Of a DNA stretch of 64,000 nt, positions 52,103 to 64,000 are shown in pieces. Where the stretch lies: positions 25,732,001 through 25,796,000 of the forward strand of contig NW_024704742.1 in NCBI RefSeq assembly GCF_018977255.1, in the 5' to 3' direction. The DNA is from Callorhinchus milii. Lineage: Eukaryota. Position 1 is the stretch's first letter. Every line of letters begins with the position of its first letter. The notes below the pieces were generated by a model. The model made no database searches and was not told the origin of the DNA. It worked only from the letters and a program-made list of their open reading frames with translations. Position numbers and translations under genes: made by a program.

Positions 52103-53994
52103 AGTCACACTCTCCTCTGCTCAGTTTACAATGTAGGGTTGTTCTCTGTTGTTGGGATAGTGAAGTCATTCACCTGAAGTCTACCAGTGAACAGATGGAG
52201 AAGAGCTGAGTGTCTCCCTATGAAATAGTTCCTTACTATTTTCCAGGAGTGAGGCTGAATGGATAATTCATGAGCGATGAAGCTGCAAATGAGTTACAGG
52301 CAGTGGAAATGAAAAACATATTTCACCAGGAGGCATTGAGTTTCTATTTATAACACATGTCGCGGTTTTAAAAAAATTAGTTTAAGGGTTTCCTAAAAAT
52401 GCATTTTTGCGGAAACTGGAATAAACCATCAAGACAGTGTCTCTGAGCCACTGTGAAGCCAACAGTGTGAAAGCATTTCTTAAAAATAATATTTCGGCCC
52501 ATAGTTTGTCAGAAAAAAAGAGTTAAGTTGGCAAACTCCCGCAACGACTGGTAATTGGCAGCTAAGATTGAGTTGGAAAGAGAGTCAGTTAGTAATCGTT
52601 CCAGCTGTGATGATTGCAAGCTGTACAAATGGTGAGCAAAATGTGTAATGAATGGAGTTTTGAACAGCGAGCTTTTGATGTCTTTTCCTTTGTGTTTTTC
52701 AAATAAAAATTACTGTATAAATCCAAGGAAGGTCAGGAGACATTGATATTGGCAATAAAGTGCTTTGACAAAATTCTAGGGTTCTCATAATACTCGTCAG
52801 AAAACAAGATTTGTGAAGTTAAATATTCAATGTAATTGTCTCCCCCTTTTTACATTAATTTATCCCTCAAATAAGTAAATAATCACTTCCCCTTTCTATC
52901 TTAGACCCTATAGAAACGTTTGAATGCCACTGATTCAGTCTCTTCCAGGGAGCAGTCAGGTCCATGGCGATCTCAAAGGATGATGTGTGTATGGGTTTGG
53001 GGTCCAATGGAAGTTCATAATCAATGTTGTCTTCCCTCCTAGTAAAAACCCAGTAAAGACATCGTGGCTATTGAAATGTACCTATAACAATACCTCATTC
53101 CCACCCCGCCTCCTCACCCCACCTTCCCCTGTATCAAACAGGTCACAAAACCTCAGAAATGCAAAACCAGCTCTTGGTGCTGAGCCTACGCAGACCACTG
53201 TTGAGCTGCCATAAACGGAGCCTGCCAATCATCTCAACACCCGAACATCTGCTTCCATTTCTAAAACCGCAACATTTTAATTGAAACCTGTTCTCTCAAA
53301 AGCACAGATCAGCGCACAAATTAATATGGTCAAGTAGCCAGGGTAATGATTTTCTTTATTGCTTATGACTTTCAATTTCTCCGTCTCATACTCTTAACAT
53401 TGACCCCCTATAAAAATATCTGAATGCATTGGATTGGAAAAGGTATCATTGAGGTTCATCTGGTCTGTCCCAAAGTAAACATAATATAAAATATTGGGGT
53501 CAAATTTGTGGTGATAATTAACACCTGTGCCAATTAACGCACTATTAACAGATAGAATTACTTTAATAAAAGATACCTGGGTATGATTTATGATATCTTT
53601 TGAAAGTAGAAAATGTCATGCTGAGGAGGAAGGTCTAGAATAGAGATTCATTGCTTCTAAGTTTCCTTGCATTATTATTTTACCTTTGGAGGGTAGGGAG
53701 AAGCTTTTCCCATGAGATGAAATGGAGGTATTCGAGTTACAATCTGATGCATTGTACATGGTATGTGGAAGAATCAGGCTTCATAGGCTAAATGTTTTTT
53801 TCTTATAATAATAGTAATAATAAACCTTGCTTTTGATATAGCGCCTTATCACATCTTCGAGACATCTCAAAGTGCTTCACTTTTGTTCTTATGAGTCTCG
53901 TTGGTAGCTCAATTTGTATGAGGTGTATCAATAAAACTACTCTATTGCAACCATTTCTAGCTGGATTGATCCAATGTTATATCATTATTCATCA

Positions 53995-54250
53995 TGGCAG
54001 AGAAAACAATCCCAACAACTGTAAGAAAATAAGTTTAATGTCAATAGTGGCAAAATTACTGAAATCCATCATCAAAGACAGAATAAGTAAACAGTTTGGT
54101 AAGTATATCCAAGAGAGTCTATAGTATAAGTATATCAGGGTTGTGAAAGGTAGCTCATGTTTAAATAATTTAATGGAATTCTCTTTTAAAGAATCACTGG
54201 GGTGAGGAGAATGACCAAAAGATATCTTCTTTTTGGACTTTCAGCCAGCA
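53995..54250 (+). mobile_element. Highly decayed CR1 reverse transcriptase fragment
   Basis: NPNNCKKISLMSIVAKLLKSIIKDRI resembles PGNYRPISLTSVVGKLLE.II.D.I, followed by VKGSSCLNNLMEF, which resembles the CR1 GRSCLTNLLEF motif. Confidence 0.65.
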
Positions 54251-57200
54251 GTGTGGAGATAAGTGTTTCTTTATCAATCCACAGTATGCATTGTGGGGTT
54301 GGAGAAAGTCATAAAGAGAGAGAGACTCTGTGGGAAACAAATCCAAAGAGAGAGAACAAGAAAAGTCTGATAGAGAAAGAGTTTGAGAAAGATTCAGGGA
54401 AAGAGAAAGAAATTGGCAGAAATAGAAAGGACTGGCAGTGTTGTACTATAGTAACAGTAAAAGGCTTGCACTTTTTTTGTTGTCTGACAAGTGGAAGCCC
54501 GTCACCAAGCTCAAGTGTATCCAAACCAGACTGAGAATTTCATATGGCACCCACACATGGAAATTTCCCTGTGTCTGGAATGGAATGCTCACTCTCTCCC
54601 TAAGGAGATACACCCAGTTTACTTAATTCCAGAATGTAAGGTGCACATTGTTAAAATAAATTTTAAAATGATTTTTGTCTTGTCCCATTTAATGTGGTTA
54701 ATTGACTGCATAATGTCTATAAATGTCCTGGATGTTGGATTAGAGAACAATGCAGTTGTGAATATTATATTTTTCACTGGAGAGTGTCTCGGGTATCTCT
54801 AAATAAATTACCAGCAATTCCTTTTTTAAAAAAAAAGGTTTCATTCCTAGAGTCACTAACTTGTTGTACCATTTTGACTGCAATAATAATATTTTCTTTT
54901 AATATAGGCTGTGTGAAGATGACGTATCTCAAAACGCTTCACATGTAATTGCTATCAGGAGTGTATTTGTGAGCAAAATGTGATAGCCAATTTTGTATTG
55001 ATATGTTCCAGAAATAGGGAGAATTTCCCTTCTCTTTGAATTGTGTCATTGGAACTTTGATGTCCATCTGAATTGGCAGAGGACTTTGGTTATTGTCTTA
55101 TCCAAAGGACAGCACCACCGCTGATGCATTGTTCCCTGTACTGCAGTATTTGCCTAGACAAGAGTGGTTGCCGAGAACCAGTTGCCCAAGTGAGAAATGT
55201 CTGCAGGCCGCATAAGCAATATTTTTGTGTTTCCCTTCCAGAAACATAACATGGCATTAACAGGTTTTGGAGGGAGTGGATAGGCCAGATGAAATTGAGT
55301 GGAGGGGAGGTGGGGGACAGATGAAGTGCAGTTCTGTGAACTCAAACTGAAATTTTTCTGACCTAAACACAAGAGTGCTACCAACTGAGCTCAGCTATAC
55401 AACTCTTTGCAGCCCTTGTTTCACTTGAAATACCACGTAAACCTATTTACGTGTCATTTAAGAAGTTTAGTATTCCTATTCTGCTGTTGACTATTCATTT
55501 TTTTAAAATTGGTAGAGATGTGTGAAGACATGGCCACTAATTATGGATTTTAAAATTTTGTTACCTTAATATCTGTGGTGATTTTTGTCATTTCCAGCAC
55601 CTTTTTTTCTGGAGCAAAAAAATCTCTAAAGCATGAGTCCAATAAACATCACCTAACCACATGTTCTTTACATTTCATTCTTCTCTTCTGCTCTTTTCAA
55701 CGTTGGTGGTGTACTATGAGCTCTGACCCTTCACCTAGGCTTTGCAACAAAAATAAACCTAATTCTGTCCATTGGATCACAGAATGCAATGACTTAGTAG
55801 TCATTGCCCATGACTACAATTGTTAGCCGCTTGGCAAATAAACATTACTACAGATCACATTTTTTTAATTCCTGATATTGTGTAAATATAGTAAAGAAAA
55901 ATATAATTTAGAAATGTATGCTTTGTTGGAAACGTTTGGGAGTAAGCTCGATTAGAGGCTTTGTGGTTGGAGTGAACTATAAGCACTACATCAAACTGCT
56001 TGCACTTTACAGTAAACAATATAGATGAATAACTGTATAGTTAATATTTAACCACTGCATTGAAGTTACAATCTTTAAATATATTTAAAAAGTCTTGTCT
56101 GCAAAGTTTTTTAATGTGCTTAAACTGCACGTTCAAACGGTACACATAAAAGAAGGCCAGTGTTTGTTGGAAATGTATGCACCATTTTAGGGAGATAAGA
56201 GAACCGCTGCCAAAAACAATTCATTTACTTGACCTGGAAATTTTTCCAGCCATTGCAGAATTAATGACTCATAGAAAATTGCTTCATTATGGGAATGTCT
56301 AACATTAAGTAACACATGTAATCTAATGCAGGTCAAGAACTGTGTGTGGAAAGAATTTGCAGCATATCAGAGGTAAACGATATAAAGTAATAGACTTGCA
56401 GTATGAAGTCAAAGGGTATACCAAGTGATCAGTTACTCATAGAACAAAGTCGATTACTGATAATCAAGATTAAAGTAACACTGAGAAATTTGAAAACAAT
56501 TGACTTAATACACTTGAAATTATCTAATAGCTCATGACAGACTTCTAAGTTATTATTTTCTCTGCATGCTCAGAGTTGAAAATTAAACAAAATACTATTA
56601 GATTAGTTGGGCTTCAAGTGATGTAACACAAAACTATCAACAAAACTTAACATTTAGGGCATTGAAAAACGCATTAAATAGTGCAACAATAGATCCATTG
56701 TCAGGCAATATTTGAGACCAGTTTTTGAAAAGTAAATAATGGATTAGCTTTACATGTTCTTAATTTCCTTTAAAATTGTGGGGCTTTAGAAGCTTTTCTA
56801 TTGCACTTTGGCATTTACTGCTGCCTTTGACTTATTACAGAAATGGTGCATTAGACAAAAGAGCTTCTAATCTTATGGTTGTTGGTGGCTGCCATGCATT
56901 TTAAGTGATAATTGTATGGGATTTCCGGACTTTATGCTATTCAAATTATAAATGAAGCTATGTTAAAGATGCATTTTTGATTAGTATTTATTTTTCAAAG
57001 TAGCTGAATTCCACATTGACATGTTTGACAATTGTGAGGTTTAATCATTTTAAATATATTCAAAATAAAAGTCACAGCCCACCGATATATGATTCCAACT
57101 GTTATTGAATTGGAAGCAATCTGTTTGTGAACATTTGTAGTACAAAAATATATTGGACTTATTGTAATTATTTTGTTGAAGAATGCTTAAATGTCACAAG

Positions 57201-57311
57201 AAATTCCGATTAGTTAGTGTATTAATTTAGTTTTTGCAAGAGATTTATATTTTAATGTAATAGATTGAAGATACATGATGAATCGTCTTGGAATATAATC
57301 GGCATTCACAG

Positions 57312-57605
57312 ATAATAATAATCCTTGCATTTGATATAGCGCTTTTCATGTCAGGAGGACGTCCCAAAATCTCACAGAATATACTGTAAAGTGAATTGAC
57401 TGTATATTTGCCAAGGTTTCGCCCCATGCCTGGAATTGAACTCGGGTCTCTCGCTTGCAAAGCGAGTGCTCTAACCACTGAGCTACAGGACTCCACACTC
57501 AAAAGGCAAACGAGAAGACCTGGGTTCGATTCCCGGGCGGGATAAAACCTTAGGCATGATTCTTTACTCCAAATGCCTCTGTTTACCTAGCAGTAAGTAG
57601 GATGA
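57312..57605. mobile_element. Two head-to-head tRNA-SINE copies (minus 57312-57496, internally deleted; plus about 57505-57605, partial)
   Basis: The minus copy is nearly identical to the head and tail of 21658-21979. The plus copy has the B box GGTTCGATTCC and AAACCTTAGGC. Confidence 0.85.
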
Positions 57606-57637
57606 TTGGCGGATCACTTTCCCGGGGTAATGATTTG

Positions 57638-57985
57638 TGTGTCAGCCTTGTGCAGTGGTAGCACTCTCACCTCTGAGTCAGAAAGTTGTTGGTTCAACCC
57701 TCACATCAGGTCTTGGAAACTGGCACACCAATGCAGTTCTCAAGGTGTGTTGCATTGTCGGAGGTGCTGTCCCACCTCCCTGTTCAGGTGAATGTTAAAG
57801 CACTAGCACTATGGGAAAGGAGTTTTTCCCGGTGTCCTCCAACTATCCCCCAAAATAAAAAAATGGTCACTCACCCACAAAATTCACAGTCAATCCATTT
57901 TACAGTACATCTTGGGAAGTGCTTTGAGATGTCACAATGAGGTGATAAGGCACTATATGAAATTGCTTAATTATTATTATTATTC
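57638..57985 (+). mobile_element. Deu-domain SINE
   Basis: GTCAGCC...GGTAGCACTCTCACCTCTGAGTCAGAA...CCCGGTGTCC...(ATT)n. Confidence 0.75.
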
Positions 57986-59140
57986 CACCCTGCAGGAACA
58001 TTTGAGTGAGTTATGCTCAGTCCCTTGGAGACTAAGCATATGAGAGAGCCACTGATGTCTTTGATACATTTTCCTATGGCACTAATTTGATGATTGGAGT
58101 GATTCACAGCAGTAAATGAGTGTGAGCATTTTTTTCATTTTCTATCCTGGGGCACCAGGTAGTTATTGTGCTCTGCTTTAGGGCTGAGGTTAAGGGCCAG
58201 GTACTATTGGTTTGACAAAGTTCTGAAGGGTCATAACCATTAGCATTTCAGATGCTGATAAAATACTGTAGATTTCCATCAATTCCTTTTCTTCAGTTGA
58301 ACCTCTCTTGTGGCGATTGCCACAAGAGAGGTTCAACTGAAGAAAATCCTTCAGCCCATTTAATGTCATTCTTCCAAAGTATCCATTCTTCCATCTTCCC
58401 CTTACAGCATCAAGCCATTCTAATTCTATATTAATTCATAGTGAATGAATCAATGAGAGTTTCTGATAATTTGCTAATTCCTATTATCTAAATAATGAAC
58501 CATCCTTGCATTTCATGCAATGCCTATAATATTACAATGTCTCAAATAGCTTCACAAGGTTTTGCAAAGTGCAGTAACTGTACATTTGGAGAATCCTGCA
58601 AGCCAAAGTTGGATAGGTTGGGATGGTCCTAGCTGGCAAGCAGTGGGAATCAGCTGGACAGTGTTTGCAATTCTTTTTTAGCTGATTAAATTCTAGCAGT
58701 ATTCCCAATGAACAGTCAGGGTTCTCCAAGCCTTAGCTCTTGCCAACTTGTGCCCATCACTTTCCAGAATTAGGTAAGCATGGAGAGAGTACCCACTTTT
58801 AGGTAAAGGGAAATTTCCATGCGTAGATGGCATGCATATGTGAAACTCAATCTGGTTTGGATACTCTTCAGCACATTGATGGGTTTGCCCATGCGTCCAA
58901 CCCCCAAAATTTGTATTTGGAGGCAAATGGAATAATCAATTTGCTCACAACATTGTTCCACAACAGCAATGAGGTAAATGGTCAGTTTACCTGGGAGATT
59001 ACTGGCCAGGATTGTTGGTCAACATTTCATCCAAAGGATGGCACCTCTGACAATATGGCATTCTTCCAACACTTCCCTGGCGTGTGAGCATAGACTATAA
59101 GCTTACTGCACAAAGAGTTTGGCAGATATTATATGTTAAT

Positions 59141-60264
59141 AGCTGGTGATATTAGCAGAGACTCCGTTATGGACATGGTCAAGATTAATCACAAGTGCAC
59201 AATAGTCCATTATCACCGGACAAAATTTTCATCCAAATTGGATGGAACAATTTTACTTGCTGAACTAGACATGCCAAAAACCCAGCAACAAGACTTAGCA
59301 CTAGAATTATCTGCAGCAGAAGCTTCTTGCTTTTGGCCAAAAACAACTATGTGTTTGCTACTAAGCAAATAGTTTAAGTTCAATTTGAGTACTCTGATTG
59401 CCACTGTGTCTAATATCAGCTAATTTAACACAGATTGGTGAGCAAACTTGGGACCTTTCAATGTAACTGTGGCTTAGTTACTCACTGGATAAACTTGATC
59501 AACCATCTGAAGGGATGTTCCTGACATTATTCATGTGTTGCAAACTTTTGAGGGGAAAAAAGCAATGGAGTGAATCAATGCTGGAAAAATTATATATTAG
59601 TGATAAAAATAAAAATTCTAACATGTAATATAATGCCTTTTATATTGGGAGAATGTCTCAAAGTGGTTCTTAGATTGTACTGTAAAGTGGAGTGACTCGG
59701 TATTTTACAGGTGAAAGTGACAGCCAATTTGTGTCAGCAATGTTCCATCAGCAGCCTGAAGTCAATGGCCAATTCTATTTAGAACATTGTTGGCCAGGAC
59801 ACCAGGTGAAACTCCCAACAATGCAGGATTCCCCCAAAACTACATTGGAGTGCCGGCATCAATATGTGTGAGATCCAAGGCCCGAAATGGGGCTTGAACC
59901 CACAACCTTCTGACTCAAACGAGAGTGCCACCTCTTCAAAGAGCCAGGCTGACACATTGTCAATGATTATTTTTTGCATCACACAGAATATAAACATAAT
60001 TAATATTCAATGAAATTGTTTATGTTTACACAATGTCTTAGAATGTACACGTGTGCAGTTGATAGCATCTCGTATCCCTGGAAATAAGTTAATGTTAATA
60101 TGTGTACTTGTTGTTGCATTTCCACTTCTTATTCTTAGGTTTTAAGGTTGGAAGTTATAAATGTTATTGACTAGGGCAGAGATTAGGTATAGTTGAATCA
60201 TTGAACACTCATATAATTAATCTTGACCATGTCCATAACGGAGTCTCTGCTAATATCACCAGCT
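59141..60264. repeat. Perfect 49-bp inverted repeat (59141-59189 and 60216-60264)
   Basis: AGCTGGTGATATTAGCAGAGACTCCGTTATGGACATGGTCAAGATTAAT and its exact reverse complement. Confidence 0.92.
59605..59955 (-). mobile_element. Deu-domain SINE, internally deleted
   Basis: Reverse-complement head at about 59890-59955, TTGGCCAGGACACC at about 59790 and tail at about 59610-59700. Confidence 0.7.
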
Positions 60265-61087
60265 GATGTCTGCCTAAATGTTAGGTGTCGTATGTGGAAT
60301 TATCCAATATAGTGACATTTATGCATAAATACATAGATGGGAAAGGCTCACGGTACTGTATAGTTTGGTTCTGGGAGAAATCCCACTCCATGATCCTCAC
60401 AATACATATTCACATATCTCTCCTGTTAATTTTGTAACCGCTCATAATTCAGTGAAAATTACAGAATAAGCTTCTATCATCCTAAAGCACCTCACATGGA
60501 ATGGTCGACACTTGTCAGCTGTACCTAATATGTGGAAAATACTGCATTGCCTTTCAGATTCAGGAAAATAATTTATGTGGACCTTACAAATTCTCTTTCA
60601 AGAGTACCGTTAACTTCTTCTGTATTTAACATGTTTTCCACTATGGCTCATCCTGTCCTTAAGTAGGATCATTGCTTCTTCTTGATCCATTTCCAAAATC
60701 AGAACAAAGATTCTTCTATGAGCTCTTTTGTAACATCAGAGTGTCATTAAGCCCAGTGTGATATTGGCCACATTATTGTTGGAAATTGCCATGAAATATT
60801 TACATAGGTAGCACCTTTGCTGCCATGGCACCACTTAAATGGATTCTCAACTTGTTCTGAATCACATCTGCTGTTTGAATTAGTGTTGAGTTATAGAACA
60901 TAGTGGAAAATGCATCAGTTGTCTAATTATTGGCAAATTTTGCTCGGGGAAAAAAATTACGTTACCATGTTATGTTTACACAGTGTCTTAGAATGTACAT
61001 GTGTGCAATTGATAGCATCTCGTATCCCTGGAAATAAGTTAATGTTTATATGTATACCTGTTGTTGCATTTCCACTTCTTATTCTTA
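60020..61087. repeat. 118-bp direct repeat (60020-60137 and 60970-61087)
   Basis: TTATGTTTACACA...TTCCACTTCTTATTCTTA occurs twice, ungapped, with six mismatches counted by eye. Confidence 0.92.
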
Positions 61088-61689
61088 TTCACTGCTAAAT
61101 TGCAAACACCAAATGGAGACGCCAGCTGTATACTTAATGGAAATGGGAAGATTTATGGAATTTCTCATTATGCTAATGCACAATGCTCTAAGACTAAGAT
61201 ATCTGAGATCTAAAGAGAGAGAGAGAGCAAAATACAAACAGGTGCTCGGGAGAAAATCGAGTGAGAATTTTGGAATGTTTTTGTGCTTTTAATTTTGATC
61301 AGAAGGACCTGACATGAGTTAACTTACATGTCATATACAGTGAAATTGCTGATTAAAACTTGCTTTTTTAAAAATAATTCATTAAATTATATTCATAAAT
61401 GTTTAGCAGGCTTACAGATTTGTCTCCAATACCACCAGCAACATGTGGCAACATGTCTGCCCACTTTGCTTTTTGCATACTATGTTAGAGGCTTGTTAGT
61501 CAAAGTAGTGGTTTGCAAGAGTAACTTAATAACAAGTGGACTTGGTGCAAAATAAATTTAGGATTATATTGTAGCCTTGTGAAAAGCCACGGGACACTGT
61601 CTCCCAGACATATCTGTCTTTGATGTATTTTTCTGCTTATTCATAGATGTTATGTTGTACATGTTATTCATACATTTTATTCTAAGATG

Positions 61690-61955
61690 ATACTCCAATA
61701 CAGCACTGCCGTCTGCCTGCTCAATTGGATGTTAAAGAACCCATGGCACTATTGAAAAGAGAAAGGAATTTCTCCCAGTCCCCCCAAATAATGCTGGTCA
61801 TTCATTTCATGGCAGTTTGTGGGACATTGCTGTTGACAACATTTGGCTACAAATACACAGTCTCTCCATTTCACAATAAATCCTGTGAAAGGCTTAGGGA
61901 GATCCTCCCAATGTGAAATGTGCTACCTTATAGCAAATGCAAGAATTATTATTAT
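61690..61955 (+). mobile_element. Deu-domain SINE, 3' part
   Basis: GGATGTTAAAGAACCCATGGCACTATTGAA...AAATGCAAG(ATT)n. Similar partial copies lie on the minus strand at about 54890-55150 and 58930-59105. Confidence 0.7.
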
Positions 61956-62189
61956 GTTGCCAATGTTAGCTCCAGACTTCTCCTGTAGAACCGTCATCCA
62001 TTTTTACAAAATGTGCTGACCTGGGCAGGTCAATCAATCAGTCAATTAATTTGTATTGATTTTGAACTTGCCAGCAAATTTTCTGACTTTGTTGGAATCA
62101 GCTCATAATATGATTTTGTTATGTCCAAGATTGGCAAATTAGCCACAAGTGGAGACTATTGATGAATCATGAGTCATATCTAATGCACA

Positions 62190-62320
62190 GAGATTAGAAT
62201 ACATTAGAATATTCAGCACAGAAACAGGCCATTCAGCCCAACTGATCTATGCCGGTGTTTATGCTCCACATGAGCCTCCTCCTGCCCTTCCTCAACTAAG
62301 CCTTCAAGGATAACCTTCTA
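62190..62320 (-). mobile_element. CR1-type 3' UTR fragment
   Basis: TAGAAT repeats followed by CAGCACAGAAACAGGCCATTCAGCCCAAC resemble the reverse complement of the 3' end at about 52010-52100. Confidence 0.7.
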
Positions 62321-64000
62321 GATTATTTAGGAATGCAAGCAGACAGGCAATAAAGACATCTTTGTTTGTGGTGGAAACAATGTAACAATTTACACTACTT
62401 TAATTGAAAACTATTTCGTTATCTCCTTTTAATCCACCTCTTGCTACTTCTATTGAGACGCTTATCAATAAAATTGATAAACCGAAGAGATTTAGAGGTG
62501 ATTAATAATTTAGAATTATACATTTCAGTTTAATTTACTTTAATTTAATTAAAATTAAATTTTTAATGTACCTGATGATTCTCTCTACGAATACCAAGTT
62601 TCCCCTTCTTGTCCTTACTTGCTTTCACATGTGTTCTCATTCACAACATGACCATGCATCACTTGTAACAATTTCCTGACACTCATGGAAATGTTCTCAA
62701 ACTGTGCTGTGATTCTATATCTGAGCATCACAACAAAGTTCCACTCATCCAAATGGTATGTGTATACATTCCAGCGCCACAGCAAACTTTTAAGAGTGCT
62801 CAGCCATTCATTTAAACAAAATAAAATAATATGGTTGGTTTGCTATGAATACTGCAGCCTATCATGGCCCAAATGTTTCTTTACTATTTGCGTTAGTCAT
62901 ACAGTATTGGTCTGTGAGAACTGTAGAAATGTCCTACTTCTCTGCCAAGTAAAATACCCTCCTTCATCACTTAGGGTACATTTTGCAATTGAATGGAGCC
63001 CGAGCTAAAACCACAGTCTAGAAGAGCAAACGTTTTTTACCTTAAATGGCATATTCCAACCATTACTAGTCAATAACCCTTCATTTGTACTTTGTAATTA
63101 GTGTCACACAGCTTTGCTAAGAAGCTTTTAAATGAAGTCGGCAATTTCTAGTTTTCAGAACTTTGTTAACAGTAAGGAATTGCTTTGGCCCTGATATGCA
63201 ATTATACAAGATTCTGAATTATTTGCACTGAAGAAAAGTTGGCATTTTTTTACATAGCTGGATATTACAACAAGACTCTATCTATGGCAGTGCTTTTGGA
63301 GGGGCTGTCAGTATGTTGGAAGCAATATGGAGGAAATTGGGTGCATTGAGATTGCCTTTGAAGGGAGATGAGACTTTGTACTGAATGAAAACTATGACGG
63401 AGTTATATCAGCTACCAAACACGTTTTGAGGAATTTAACAGTTTTTAGACACTAAAACCAGGAATATGACACTAATAACTACCCATCACTTTGATGCTGT
63501 ATGAAACACTACAATGAACGTGTACATATGGAATGGATGTTGGTTCCTTGTGATAATTGGGTCTAATTTGTAACAGGATTCAACAACATGCAATCCCATT
63601 ATGAAACTGTGCAAATTACACTTCAGTGTCATCACCCAGCATTGGGATGCTACCTCATTTCAATTGTTTCCACAAAACAAAATGATATTGCCAATGTATT
63701 GAGCACTGGGCAAAACTATTGTTGCAGATAACAGAATAAATGGATATCTGTTCCGTGAGTCAATGATAATTTTCAGTTTGTATTATATACTAGTGATAGA
63801 ACTTTCTTCAGTTGTTTCTTGGTAAAATTACAAATCTATCTTGTTTAGCATCACAAATTAGATAGCTGGGGGTCTTCTTAGAGCTGCTCCCTGATCTGCT
63901 TCTAAGTCTTTTGAATTTGTATCTGTATGGATGAAGTGACTGATGTTGTCACTGATAGAGGACGTTCTTACCTCACTTTTCTCTGACTGTCAGATCAGAC

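Noticed and set aside
59141..60264. MITE or DNA transposon defined by the 49-bp inverted repeat
   Set aside because: No target-site duplication, and perfect arms enclose old decayed SINE fragments. Kept instead as a rearrangement finding.

Overview
This is vertebrate genomic DNA, most likely from a cartilaginous fish (inferred from the L2/CR1/Deu-SINE repeat content, not proven). It holds one host protein-coding gene: a two-exon Msx homeobox gene on the + strand (CDS about 30114-30540 and 30960-31381, about 282 aa, 419-bp GT-AG intron) whose N- and C-termini identify it as msx1. The gene sits inside a roughly 23-kb CpG-retaining, repeat-poor domain (about 21-44.4 kb) with several candidate cis-regulatory modules. 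The CpG-depleted flanks carry a near-complete ORF2 of a young-looking L2 LINE (about 14.8-18.2 kb), a second L2 nested in a CR1, other CR1 fragments, tRNA-derived SINEs sharing the L2 3' end, Deu-domain SINEs and one repeat family I cannot name. I found no convincing new protein-coding system. The best leads are a TCF/Smad/homeodomain module 1 kb upstream of msx1, a possible antisense promoter in its 3' UTR, a structured 5' leader, an orphan ZNF143-type promoter-like site and a patch of local direct and inverted duplications at 59.1-61.1 kb. Repeat boundaries were read by eye and are approximate.
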